Assembly: GCA_965372715.1 (NCBI GenBank)
Contig: CBDVDH010000026.1
Coordinates: forward strand, 1-47,742
Source of the DNA: an uncultured bacterium
GTDB taxonomy: Bacteria > B130-G9
Direction of reading: 5' to 3'
Length of the DNA stretch: 47,742 bases
Shown: positions 29,844 through 38,563 of the stretch, one piece after another
How the letters are laid out: each line of letters begins with the position of its first letter
How positions within the stretch are numbered: the stretch's first letter is position 1
Program-made: the position numbers and the translations under genes
The notes under the pieces: model-generated
The model's database searches: none
Told to the model about the DNA's origin: nothing
What the model saw: the letters and a program-made list of their open reading frames with translations, nothing else

Positions 29844-30430
29844 CTGCCCTCCGCATTCCTCTTGGGTCGAGACGGGAATAGAAGTGCCCTATCCTGGCCG
29901 TCCTTCTCGACAACTTCCACACAAACCCATTGCGAGGGAAGCGTCTCGACGCCTAAGCCCAGGAAATCAGCCTGAATCGGAAGCTCCCTCAGGCCCCGGT
30001 CGATAAGCTCCACCAGTCTGACGCATTTCGTCCTGCCCAAGTCGGCGAAGCAAATGAGAGCCGCCCTTATCGTTCTTCCGGTGTAAAGCACGTCATCGAC
30101 TAGAAAGACGGTCTTGCCGTCGATAGAGAAATCGATTCTGCTGTCCTTGATCTGCGGCTGATGAAACCCTAGAGCCGCGAAATCGTCCCGATAGAAGCCG
30201 ATGTCCAGCGCCCCGACATCGACTTCACGACCGGTGCGCTGCATGAATCCGTCAGCGAGGCGCTTAGCCAAATGGTTACCCCGCGACCTTATTCCTATGA
30301 AAGCGACTTCGTCATCGGCGGTCACTGCGGCCACGATATCGTCCAACAGCTCGCCAAGCAATACTTTGAATTGCGCTGAGTCTGCTATAATGGACTCACC
30401 CTTATGGTCTCTCAAATCGATTGTTTGCAT
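29840..30430 (-). CDS. pyrR: PyrR (pyr regulator / uracil phosphoribosyltransferase family)
   Basis: [25 protein letters not shown] and DRG.RELPI.AD motifs. Confidence 0.93.
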   Translation of the reverse strand: MQTIDLRDHKGESIIADSAQFKVLLGELLDDIVAAVTADDEVAFIGIRSRGNHLAKRLADGFMQRTGREVDVGALDIGFYRDDFAALGFHQPQIKDSRIDFSIDGKTVFLVDDVLYTGRTIRAALICFADLGRTKCVRLVELIDRGLRELPIQADFLGLGVETLPSQWVCVEVVEKDGQDRALLFPSRPKRNAEGR

Positions 30431-30453
30431 CGCGTTATCCGAAACGTTCAGCT

Positions 30454-31818
30454 CTAACTTGCAGCAGGCATTACTATGCTGTAAGTCCGCATCTTCTTGT
30501 AAAGACTTGTTCTGTCAATCCTCAGCTCCTGTGCCGTCTTGCTCACATTCCATTCATTTCGCTGAAGGTGATACACGATATACTCTTTCTCGAATTCTTG
30601 TCTCGCCTTTTTCAGCGGCATGCTTTGGGCCAAGCGGCTCGTTGGTTTTTGCACAAGGTCAAACACATCATCGGGTGCGATTGCATTGCCGCTGGTCATT
30701 ATGACTACTCGCTCGACGATGTTCTTGAGCTCGCGGACGTTGCCGGGCCAAGTGTAGGACTGCAAGAGCTCTATGGCCTTGTGGCTAAAACGCTTGGCCT
30801 TCTTGCCATATTCCCGACAGAACTGCTCCGCAAAGTAGTCAGCAAGGAGCGGGATATCCTCGAGCCGGTCCATCAATGGAGGAACAATCATCGGGATTAC
30901 GTTTAGGCGATAGTAAAGGTCCTCACGGAACTTGCCCGCCTCGATGAGCGACAGCAGGTCCTTGTTTGATGCGGAGATCACGCGGACGTCGACGCTGATC
31001 TGCTTCGTGCCGCCGACGCGCTCAAATCGTTGCTCCTCAAGCGCTCTTAGAACCTTCGCCTGCGTCATGAGGCTCATGTCGCCCACCTCGTCGAGAAAAA
31101 GCGTCCCGGCGTCTGCGAGCTCGAACTTGCCGATGCGCTGCTTGGTCGCGCCGGTAAATGCCCCCTTCTCGTGGCCAAAGAGCTCGCTTTCTATCAGTTC
31201 CTCGGGTATCGCCGCACAGTTGACCTCGACGAACGGCCCATCCTTACGGAGGCTCATCTCGTGGATCATCCCGGCCACGAGCTCCTTGCCGGTCCCGTTC
31301 TCGCCCATTATCAGCACCCTGGCGTTCGACGGCGCTGCCTGCTTCGCCTGTTCGCGGACCTTCTCTATCGCCTCGCTCGTGCCGATCAGCTCATACTTGC
31401 GGCCGACCTCCTGTTTGAGAGCGCGGATCTGAAGGTTCTGGCGCCTCGACTCGAGGGCGTGCTGAATCTGCTGTAGGACGTTCTCGAGCGAGAGAGGCTT
31501 CTCGATGAACCCATACGCCCCGAGCTTCATCGCCTGAACCGACAGCTCTATTGTCCCGTGGCCAGAGATCATTATGACGGTGGTCTCGGGGTGAGTTTTC
31601 CTGACTCTCTCAAGAAGGTCCATTCCGCTCATGCCGGGAAGCCATATATCCAAGAGAATAACCGCCGGCGTATTGCTCTCAAGGAACTCGAACGTCTCTT
31701 CCGCATCCGCGACGGCCGATACCTCAAAGCCCTCATCCGACAGAACCGCCGATAGGGATGACCGAACGGTGGCGTTGTCATCCACAACGAGTATCCGCTC
31801 GTCCGTTTTGCTCACCAT
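30454..31818 (-). CDS. ntrX: Sigma54-dependent response regulator, NtrX-like
   Basis: Receiver (LLDIWLPG, ISGHG), GENGTGKE, ESELFGHEKGAFTGA and C-terminal Fis HTH. Confidence 0.9.
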   Translation of the reverse strand: MVSKTDERILVVDDNATVRSSLSAVLSDEGFEVSAVADAEETFEFLESNTPAVILLDIWLPGMSGMDLLERVRKTHPETTVIMISGHGTIELSVQAMKLGAYGFIEKPLSLENVLQQIQHALESRRQNLQIRALKQEVGRKYELIGTSEAIEKVREQAKQAAPSNARVLIMGENGTGKELVAGMIHEMSLRKDGPFVEVNCAAIPEELIESELFGHEKGAFTGATKQRIGKFELADAGTLFLDEVGDMSLMTQAKVLRALEEQRFERVGGTKQISVDVRVISASNKDLLSLIEAGKFREDLYYRLNVIPMIVPPLMDRLEDIPLLADYFAEQFCREYGKKAKRFSHKAIELLQSYTWPGNVRELKNIVERVVIMTSGNAIAPDDVFDLVQKPTSRLAQSMPLKKARQEFEKEYIVYHLQRNEWNVSKTAQELRIDRTSLYKKMRTYSIVMPAAS

Positions 31819-31858
31819 CTTCTTTTCATGCCTTGTCTCTTGAGGCGCCCAATCTAGG

Positions 31859-34165
31859 TCAGCCTGTCCCTCCGGGCAGCTCAATTATGAATCTCGTCCC
31901 CTTGGGGACGTTATCCTGAACGCGAATATAGCCGTTGTGGTCCTCGATAATCCTTTGAACAATGGCAAGCCCCAGGCCCGTTCCGCGCTTCTTCGTCGAA
32001 AAATACGGCAGGAAGAGCTTGTCCTTGTTTTCCCGGTCGATTCCGGCCCCGTCGTCTGCCAGCTCAATGCGGATGATCTTGAGCACGCTGTCGTAGTGCG
32101 TGGATATCTCAATTGTAATGAATTCGCTTGCCGCTTCCAGGGCGTTGTTGATTAGGTTCCTAAAGACCTGTTTCATCTGCTCAGCATCGATGTTGGTACG
32201 CGGCACGGATTCGTCGAGCCTCAGCTCGATCTTCGCGTTTGACAGATTGCCGTTGTAGAGCGCTAGCACGTCCCTTATCGTTTTGTGGATGTCGTCGGGA
32301 CGGGCCTGGACCTCGGGCATCCTGGCGAAGCGCGAGAACTCGTTGACCAACAGCTTCAGCCCATTGATCTCCTGGATAATCGTATCAACGCATTCCTTGA
32401 ACAAGCCATCGTCGTCGGTACCGAGTTTGCGGGACTGCTTCTGCAAGCGCTGGGCGTAAAGCTGTATCGGAGTTAGTGGGTTTTTTATCTCGTGCGCGAT
32501 CCTGCGGGCCACCTCCCGCCAGGCAGCAGATTTCTTGGCCTTTAGCAGCTGTGAGAGGTCCTCAAAAACAACAACGAAACCCATATCACTGTCCGTTGTG
32601 TCTCTAAGCAGCGCCAGCGTTACCAGGAGCGTGCGGTTCTGGCCCCGTACCGTAACCTGACATTCATGCTCCCGGATACTGCGTTTGCCCTTGACGATCC
32701 CCTCAATCAGGTTCCCCAGCTCCCGCAGGTCCGGCGCAAAAAACACCTCCCTGAAATCTCGCTGAACACACGTTTCCTCCTGAAGACTGAGCATCGAGAG
32801 CGCCGACTCATTCACGATGGTTATCTTGCCCTTGATGTTGAGCGACACAACGCCTGTCGCGATGTTTGAAAGGATCGCCTCCATGTGCCGGCGCCTTCTG
32901 TCGTAGTCCCGGCTGGACCTTGAAAGCTGGCTTTCGGCCTTGTTGACGGCGGTTTTGCTTGCCTTAAGGTCCGCAACCATCTTGTTGAACGCGTTGACCA
33001 AGAGACCCATCTCGTCGTTCGTCTCGCCGCTCAAATGCACGCCCAGGTCGCCCTTCGCAACTGATTGTAGTCCCCCCAACAGCCGCTCGATCGGGCGCGT
33101 CATCACCTTCGCAAGGTAGAACCCAAACCACGTTGCGGCGAAAACAATGAGAAGCGTCAAAATCAGAACAAGAATGACATAGACCCTCTGTTTCCATTCC
33201 TCTTTCGTGGAAAACAGTCTGTATCGCATTATCGAAGATGAAATCCGCTCCTTTGATGATGATACTTCAGGCCAGACGACATACTTCACGATAATCGCGC
33301 CCAGCGCGGACCCGTCCGACGACTTAACCGGCACCGCACAACTGATCACATCAGTTCCAGCGGCGGAGAGGTTCTCCACAAGTCTGCTTTTTTCGTTCTC
33401 AAGCAACTGCTCAATTCGCTCATCGTCGAACTTGAATACCGCCTCGCTAAGCCCTGTTTCAGTTCCGCCGACTCTGGCGACCTCCTTCTTTTTCTTAAGG
33501 ACCTGAATACCGCCGAGGCCATATTCATTGGCCTTCTCCGAGATCAGTCGCCTGAGCTCCTCGCGATTCGACGCCAAAAGAAGCTCGTTTTGCCCCACAA
33601 GTCCCGCAACCGTCGTCGCCAGACGTTCCGCTCTCTTGACATCCTGTTCGTGGTAGAACCCCGCTAAATCAACTGCGCTCTGATAAACGCGCTCCACGTC
33701 CGGGATTAGGAACCGGTCGAACGTCTCCCGCACAAGCCCGGACGCAAGCATGTAAAGCAATATCGACGGGATGAGAGAAAAGGTTACGAAAGCGACAACC
33801 AGTTTGGTTCTGAGCCTCGCGCCGATCTTCTTATGCTTCCGCTCGAAATAGAGCTTTATAAGATTGCGGAAGATCAAGAAGACCAACAGCATCGTTATCA
33901 GTATGTTGAGCATCAGCGTCGCCTGCCACACGCCTCGCTCGAAACCAGAGACGCTGTCGCTTTCCTTGTCGATGAGGCTGCCGCTTTCGATATAGACGAT
34001 AACCGACGACGCGATAACTGCCAGAAGGGAAATGGCGAGAACGATGATCAGGTTCTTGTGGCGCCTGGCGCTCTTGGTCTGCCGCTCGTTGACCTCCAGC
34101 GCCTCACCGGGCCGCAGGTTGCCTATTTCCTTCAGATCGACCACAGGCTTGGGTTGCTCCTTCAT
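31859..34165 (-). CDS. ntrY: HAMP/PAS sensor histidine kinase, NtrY-like
   Basis: Transmembrane segments, HAMP, PAS, AWREVARRIAHEIKNPLTPIQL and GTGLGL. Confidence 0.9.
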   Translation of the reverse strand: MKEQPKPVVDLKEIGNLRPGEALEVNERQTKSARRHKNLIIVLAISLLAVIASSVIVYIESGSLIDKESDSVSGFERGVWQATLMLNILITMLLVFLIFRNLIKLYFERKHKKIGARLRTKLVVAFVTFSLIPSILLYMLASGLVRETFDRFLIPDVERVYQSAVDLAGFYHEQDVKRAERLATTVAGLVGQNELLLASNREELRRLISEKANEYGLGGIQVLKKKKEVARVGGTETGLSEAVFKFDDERIEQLLENEKSRLVENLSAAGTDVISCAVPVKSSDGSALGAIIVKYVVWPEVSSSKERISSSIMRYRLFSTKEEWKQRVYVILVLILTLLIVFAATWFGFYLAKVMTRPIERLLGGLQSVAKGDLGVHLSGETNDEMGLLVNAFNKMVADLKASKTAVNKAESQLSRSSRDYDRRRRHMEAILSNIATGVVSLNIKGKITIVNESALSMLSLQEETCVQRDFREVFFAPDLRELGNLIEGIVKGKRSIREHECQVTVRGQNRTLLVTLALLRDTTDSDMGFVVVFEDLSQLLKAKKSAAWREVARRIAHEIKNPLTPIQLYAQRLQKQSRKLGTDDDGLFKECVDTIIQEINGLKLLVNEFSRFARMPEVQARPDDIHKTIRDVLALYNGNLSNAKIELRLDESVPRTNIDAEQMKQVFRNLINNALEAASEFITIEISTHYDSVLKIIRIELADDGAGIDRENKDKLFLPYFSTKKRGTGLGLAIVQRIIEDHNGYIRVQDNVPKGTRFIIELPGGTG

Positions 34166-34869
34166 TCTGCGCCTCCTTGGGTCCTCGATATCTTACCCGA
34201 CACGCTTGAAGACCGGCTCTTGCCGGAACCATCGCTCTGCAAGACTTGAGTTGAGATGTTCTCTGAATAAAACCAATCGGTGGTGTAACCGGTCCGCAGG
34301 AACCACAGCAGGTGCCCCAGTGGGAAATCGACCTCGCTTGCGGTTACATCGCAATACACTCCGACGTAATAAGTTCGCCTGGGGTATTTCTCCATGAAGA
34401 TGTGTATCGGTATCTCGGTCTCCAGGCTCAGCAGGCTTTGCATCGCCTCCTTATTGTCAACAAACTCCTGACTAATGTCCTCCTCGGCCTGCAGCATGAT
34501 TACCGTATAGGACTTCTTGACTGGGTCGTAGGAGACCTGTTTCTTGACCATCGTTGAGGCTAGCTGGGCGTCAAACCAGAAGCCTCGCTCCTCAAAAACC
34601 GCCGCCTTGAAGGACAGCCTTAGCGGCAGTCCAGATTCAAAGAACTCGCCCAAGTCCTCATCCATCCAGTTCAGGAGCTTCGATTTGACCACAACAACGC
34701 TGCCGTGCTCATCAATAACAGCGGAGGGCTTCATCATTCGGGGCTCCGGCTCAAACGAGGCTGCCTGGGGCTCGGGCTCGGCGAATGCCGACCCGGCCAA
34801 CAGAGCTGCCAGGAGAAGCGCCCATACACACGACCCTGTCACTGCGCCTCCCAGGCGAATTGACGCCAT
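34162..34869 (-). CDS. DUF4390-like secreted protein
   Basis: Signal peptide, SGLPL.LSF...WFD and SYDPVKKSY, in the typical position upstream of ntrY. Confidence 0.7.
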   Translation of the reverse strand: MASIRLGGAVTGSCVWALLLAALLAGSAFAEPEPQAASFEPEPRMMKPSAVIDEHGSVVVVKSKLLNWMDEDLGEFFESGLPLRLSFKAAVFEERGFWFDAQLASTMVKKQVSYDPVKKSYTVIMLQAEEDISQEFVDNKEAMQSLLSLETEIPIHIFMEKYPRRTYYVGVYCDVTASEVDFPLGHLLWFLRTGYTTDWFYSENISTQVLQSDGSGKSRSSSVSGKISRTQGGAE

Positions 34870-34926
34870 AATCGATCTCCCATCTTGGAAACACAAGGCA
34901 ACCTTCGCCGCCAATTGATCTACATA

Positions 34927-34955
34927 ATGCTAAGGTTGGCGCACGGATTCGTCAA
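34927..34955 (-). promoter_or_regulatory. Putative sigma70 promoter of the DUF4390-ntrYX-pyr-rtcB operon
   Basis: Minus strand TTGACG-17 nt-TAGCAT. Confidence 0.6.
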
Positions 34956-34998
34956 GGATGACAACCCCATCTGGTGAAACCTCTCGCTCTCCGTCATG

Positions 34999-35027
34999 TT
35001 GACTCAGGTAACAGGTGGCACTACTAT
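34999..35027 (+). promoter_or_regulatory. Putative sigma70 promoter of tRNA-Glu/trxA
   Basis: TTGACT-17 nt-TACTAT, ending 23 nt before the tRNA. Confidence 0.65.
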
Positions 35028-35050
35028 ATTAAGACACAATACATAGAACT

Positions 35051-35124
35051 GCCCTCATCGTCTAGTCAGGACAGGACACCGCCCTTTCACGGCGGCGGCA
35101 GGGGTTCAAATCCCCTTGAGGGCA
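35051..35124 (+). tRNA. tRNA-Glu (TTC)
   Basis: Acceptor GCCCTCA/TGAGGGC, anticodon arm CCGCC-CTTTCAC-GGCGG and T loop GTTCAAATC. No encoded CCA. Confidence 0.95.
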
Positions 35125-35166
35125 ATGACTTTTTCTTTCACTTTTTCCTTCGAGGGTTGGAGCAAG

Positions 35167-35493
35167 ATGTCAAATCTAGCCGCATTTACCGATGCAAGTT
35201 TCGATGCGGATGTCCTGCAATCTGATTTGCCGGTTCTGGTCGATTTCTGGGCCGAATGGTGCGGTCCATGCAAGATGATCGCTCCCATGGTGGAGAAGCT
35301 GGTAACAGAGTATGAGGGTAAGGCGAAGTTCGGTCAGCTGAACGTCGATGAGTGCCCAAACACAGCCGCGACGTTCGGCATCCGCGCGATACCAACGCTC
35401 TTGATTTTCAAGGGCGGCAAGCAGGTTGATTCGATTGTGGGCGTGGTCCCCTTCGATAAGATCAGAAATGCACTGGACAAAGCGATTGGCTGA
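35167..35493 (+). CDS. trxA: Thioredoxin
   Basis: VLVDFWAEWCGPCK and IPTL motifs. Confidence 0.97.
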   Translation: MSNLAAFTDASFDADVLQSDLPVLVDFWAEWCGPCKMIAPMVEKLVTEYEGKAKFGQLNVDECPNTAATFGIRAIPTLLIFKGGKQVDSIVGVVPFDKIRNALDKAIG

Positions 35494-35534
35494 GATTTGC
35501 TCCTGATTCGCGAGATTTTCGTAGGCGGTAACCA

Positions 35535-36314
35535 TTGTCTTCACCAACCATTAAGGCGCTTGACACTCGGATAATCGAAACGATCAGATACGTCGGCGCC
35601 AGCATAAGCCTCGTCGGCAGGGCGATCGCTTCGCTGTTCAAGCGCCCATTCGAGGCGAGCCCGATTATCGAGCAGATGGAGAGCCTCGGGCTCAAGTCGT
35701 TGACAATCGTCTGCCTCACCTCTCTTTTCACGGGCATGGTCTTCTGCCTCCAGACCGGCGCGGCGTTCGTGAGGTTCGGCGCGAAATCCTACGTGGCCAA
35801 GGTTGTAGCGGTCGCTGTCACGCGGGAGCTCGGGCCCATCTTGGTCTCGCTCATCGTTTCGGGAAGAGTCGCTGCCGGCATCGCGGCCGAGATCGGCTCG
35901 ATGAAAGTGTCGGACCAGATCGACGCGATTCGCGTGATGGGCGCGAGCCCAGTGAAGCGGCTCGTTATGCCGAGAATTGTCGCGCTTTTCATAATGCTGC
36001 CCTTACTGGCGCTTATCGGCGATATTCTCGGGATATTCGGAGCGATGATAGTCGCAGTCGTTGAGCTCGACATGAAGGCCAGCTACTTCATCTCTAGCTC
36101 GCTCGACTTCCTGACCCTCGAGGACGTGCTGAGCGGCATCGGCAAGTGTTTCTTCTTCGCGCTGATCATAGCAGGGATAGGCTGTTATCAGGGGCTGACG
36201 ACGGCCGGCGGCACTCGCGGCGTCGGTATCTCCACGACCAGGGCCGTGGTTCTGTCATCGATACTGATACTGCTTAGCGACTTACTTCTTACAAAGGTGT
36301 TTATGCTCTTATAG
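35535..36314 (+). CDS. mlaE: MlaE-family ABC transporter permease
   Basis: RELGPIL...GRVAAGIAAEIGSMKVSDQIDAIRVMG and GVG.STT.AVV motifs. Confidence 0.9.
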   Translation: MSSPTIKALDTRIIETIRYVGASISLVGRAIASLFKRPFEASPIIEQMESLGLKSLTIVCLTSLFTGMVFCLQTGAAFVRFGAKSYVAKVVAVAVTRELGPILVSLIVSGRVAAGIAAEIGSMKVSDQIDAIRVMGASPVKRLVMPRIVALFIMLPLLALIGDILGIFGAMIVAVVELDMKASYFISSSLDFLTLEDVLSGIGKCFFFALIIAGIGCYQGLTTAGGTRGVGISTTRAVVLSSILILLSDLLLTKVFMLL

Positions 36315-36353
36315 CGCCTGCAACTGCATCAAGATTGCTGGAGATAAGCGATT

Positions 36354-36938
36354 ATGGGAGATGAGAAAAAGCTCTGCCCCAATTGCAGCAACAAGCTCAA
36401 TTACTCGCGTGCCGATCAGATATATCTCTGCCCCTACTGCGGGGAGGAGTTCCTTGAGCGCGACGGCAAACTGGTCAAGAAACGCGCCGGAACCCCGGCG
36501 CCGAAAGGCGGAAGGACTGCCGAGGAAATGAGGGACGAGCTTGACGCGGCGTTCCAGGACACGCTCATCGGCGCGCAGCTCGCCGATGACCAGGCAAAAA
36601 AGATACGCAAAAAGGACGAGTCGCACCTCCTCGATCTTCGGATGACAGCTACCGAGGCGAAGAGAATGATAAAGGTCGCCAACCGGCGCGGGATAGGCCT
36701 GTGCATCTTCCTTGATTTCGTGATCCTTGCGCTTTCCTACAACTACGATGTTCTCGCTTACGGCCTGGGCGCAATGGCGCTGCTCACGCTCGGCACGTAT
36801 CTCTACCTTAGTTCCTACGCGACCAAGGTCCAGAAGTGGGAGACGAGCGTCGCGTCGGAAACCAAGGAGCTCGAAAAGGACCTGTATCTCAAGGAGCTCG
36901 AAAGGGAGCTCGACGAAGACGAAGGGCTCAAAGAGTAG
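36354..36938 (+). CDS. Hypothetical membrane protein with N-terminal zinc ribbon
   Basis: CPNC...CPYC, two hydrophobic segments and an acidic tail. GGAG RBS. Confidence 0.75.
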   Translation: MGDEKKLCPNCSNKLNYSRADQIYLCPYCGEEFLERDGKLVKKRAGTPAPKGGRTAEEMRDELDAAFQDTLIGAQLADDQAKKIRKKDESHLLDLRMTATEAKRMIKVANRRGIGLCIFLDFVILALSYNYDVLAYGLGAMALLTLGTYLYLSSYATKVQKWETSVASETKELEKDLYLKELERELDEDEGLKE

Positions 36939-36939
36939 C

Positions 36940-37431
36940 GTGGCAATCGACGAAAAGCCACTCTCGACGGGAGATCGCGTCGCAGAGCTCGTCGCAACCT
37001 CCCTCTACGTCGGCGAGATACCCATCATCCCCGGCACGTTCGGGACGATTCCGGGTCTTTTTATTTTCGTCATGGCCTCCATGCTCGGCGTGCCAACCTG
37101 GGCCTACCTTCTTCTCATCGCAGCGCTCTACTTCGTGGGCGCATGGGCCGCAGGCCGAGCAGAAAAACTCTCCGGCAAAAAGGACGACGGCCGCATCGTC
37201 ATCGACGAGGTCGTCGGAGCGATGATCACGATGTTCTACATGCCGCTCGACTGGCGCCTCCTGATAGCCGGCTTCTTCGCCTTCAGGTTCTTCGACGTGG
37301 TGAAGCCCGGCTTTTCAAGGGTGCAGAAGATAAGCGGCGGCCACGGCGTCATGATCGACGACGTCCTCGCCGGCGTCATGGCCAATCTCTCGCTCTGGCT
37401 GCTGATGTGGCTGGTCTCCCTCTTCTACTAA
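36940..37431 (+). CDS. pgpA: Phosphatidylglycerophosphatase A
   Basis: PGTFGT, DDGRIVIDEVVG, FRFFDVVKP and GVMIDDVLAG. GTG start just after the upstream stop. Confidence 0.93.
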   Translation: MAIDEKPLSTGDRVAELVATSLYVGEIPIIPGTFGTIPGLFIFVMASMLGVPTWAYLLLIAALYFVGAWAAGRAEKLSGKKDDGRIVIDEVVGAMITMFYMPLDWRLLIAGFFAFRFFDVVKPGFSRVQKISGGHGVMIDDVLAGVMANLSLWLLMWLVSLFY

Positions 37432-37448
37432 CGGGGCGTGCCAGTCAG

Positions 37449-37695
37449 TGTAGGGCGTTCGCCGCGCGGCGAATACCACAGCGAGGGGTGAGGTGAGAGT
37501 GCCACCCCCGCGCCCCAAGGTCACGTGACTGGAAGTTAGATGCTGACATTCGGCTCAGTTCACCTCGAATGGCGCCTCACAGCTGGCGATCCAGGTCATT
37601 GTCCCGGGCTCTGTGAGGGCAGAGGGCGGGTCTGAGACCGCGCCCCTACGCGACGCTGAACGCTCTTGCGGTCAAGCTCGATGAGCCAGCCCTAC
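37449..37695. repeat. Cluster of GTAG-type REP hairpins
   Basis: GTAGGGCGTTCGCCGCGCGGCGAA (37449), GGGCGGGTCTGAGACCGCGCCCCTAC (37624..37649) and GCTCGATGAGCCAGCCCTAC (to 37695). Confidence 0.65.
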
Positions 37696-37968
37696 GCACG
37701 ACAAGATACTATATTGGGCTGGGTGGTTCACCTCAGTATCGATGTTCGACAGGCCCCGGCGGTTTGAGAGCCGGGGCGCCCACTCTCACCGAACGGGCGC
37801 CGCCAGCTCACCGGAAACCCAAGACTTTCATCCATGTTTTCCCAGCGGTCACAAAACGCCCCAAACGGCCATATTCCTGTGGCACGCGGCAGCATTCCCA
37901 CTATTCTTACTGGCCTAATGAGGCGCCCTGACATGGGAAACAGGGCTAAGTCGTCTGCTGCTTTACCT

Positions 37969-37985
37969 AGCAGGATTCGTGCCAA
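37969..37985 (-). promoter_or_regulatory. Putative sigma54 (-24/-12) promoter
   Basis: Minus strand TTGGCACGAATCCTGCT, with exact GG-N10-GC spacing. Confidence 0.55.
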
Positions 37986-38087
37986 ACTAGTTCAGAGACT
38001 TCGTCGAGAGCGCCTCGCACCGCTCTATAACGCCGATTTGGGCCGGACGCCTCATTTCAGTGTGCAGATTAAGGCGTGGATTTCACC

Positions 38088-38189
38088 CCCCAGGGTGGGT
38101 CAAATATTGACCCACCCTGGGGTGAGCAGTCTTGGCAGTTAGGCTAAATAGCGACACTTTAGGGGTGGGTCAATTTTTGACCCACCCCT
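38088..38189. repeat. Two perfect GGGTGGGTCAA-N3-TTGACCCACCC palindromes
   Basis: A 16-bp stem at 38088..38122 and a 13-bp stem at 38161..38189. Confidence 0.9.
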
Positions 38190-38340
38190 TTTCCCACATC
38201 CCGAAATCACGGTTGGGCGCCGATCTTGAATCGATTTGTCGGACAGTACCGGCCTACGGAGAGACCCGGGCGCCGGGGCGTGCGCATTGTCCTGGTCCAT
38301 AACGTCGCCGCCGCGCAAATGCGTCGCAGCGTGCGCGTCG

Positions 38341-38371
38341 GTAGGGGCGGTGTCTCAGACCGCGCCCCTAC
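38341..38371. repeat. Single GTAG-type REP hairpin
   Basis: GTAGGGGCGGTGTCTCAGACCGCGCCCCTAC. Confidence 0.85.
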
Positions 38372-38437
38372 ACAACGTGCATTGCTCACTTCCCTTTTCT
38401 CCCGTTTCCCCAATGGGGAAACTCTCAATCCTCCGCC

Positions 38438-38466
38438 TTGACTGCGCCGGTCAGCCTTGACATAAT
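38438..38466 (+). promoter_or_regulatory. Putative sigma70 promoter of surA-like-maf-rpe
   Basis: TTGACT-17 nt-CATAAT. Confidence 0.6.
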
Positions 38467-38563
38467 CAACAACCGTAGGAAAGGTAAAATCAAGCCGTGC
38501 TTTCTGTCCGGAACGCCCGGGCGTAACCAGCCTGAGTATATGGCTTTTGTAGGAGGATGATGT

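Noticed and set aside
37728-38142. ORFs 37728..37985(-) and 37834..38142(+) as RAYT/transposase remnants
   Set aside because: No HUH motif, catalytic Tyr context or RBS. The TTG start of the minus ORF lies inside the sigma54 motif.
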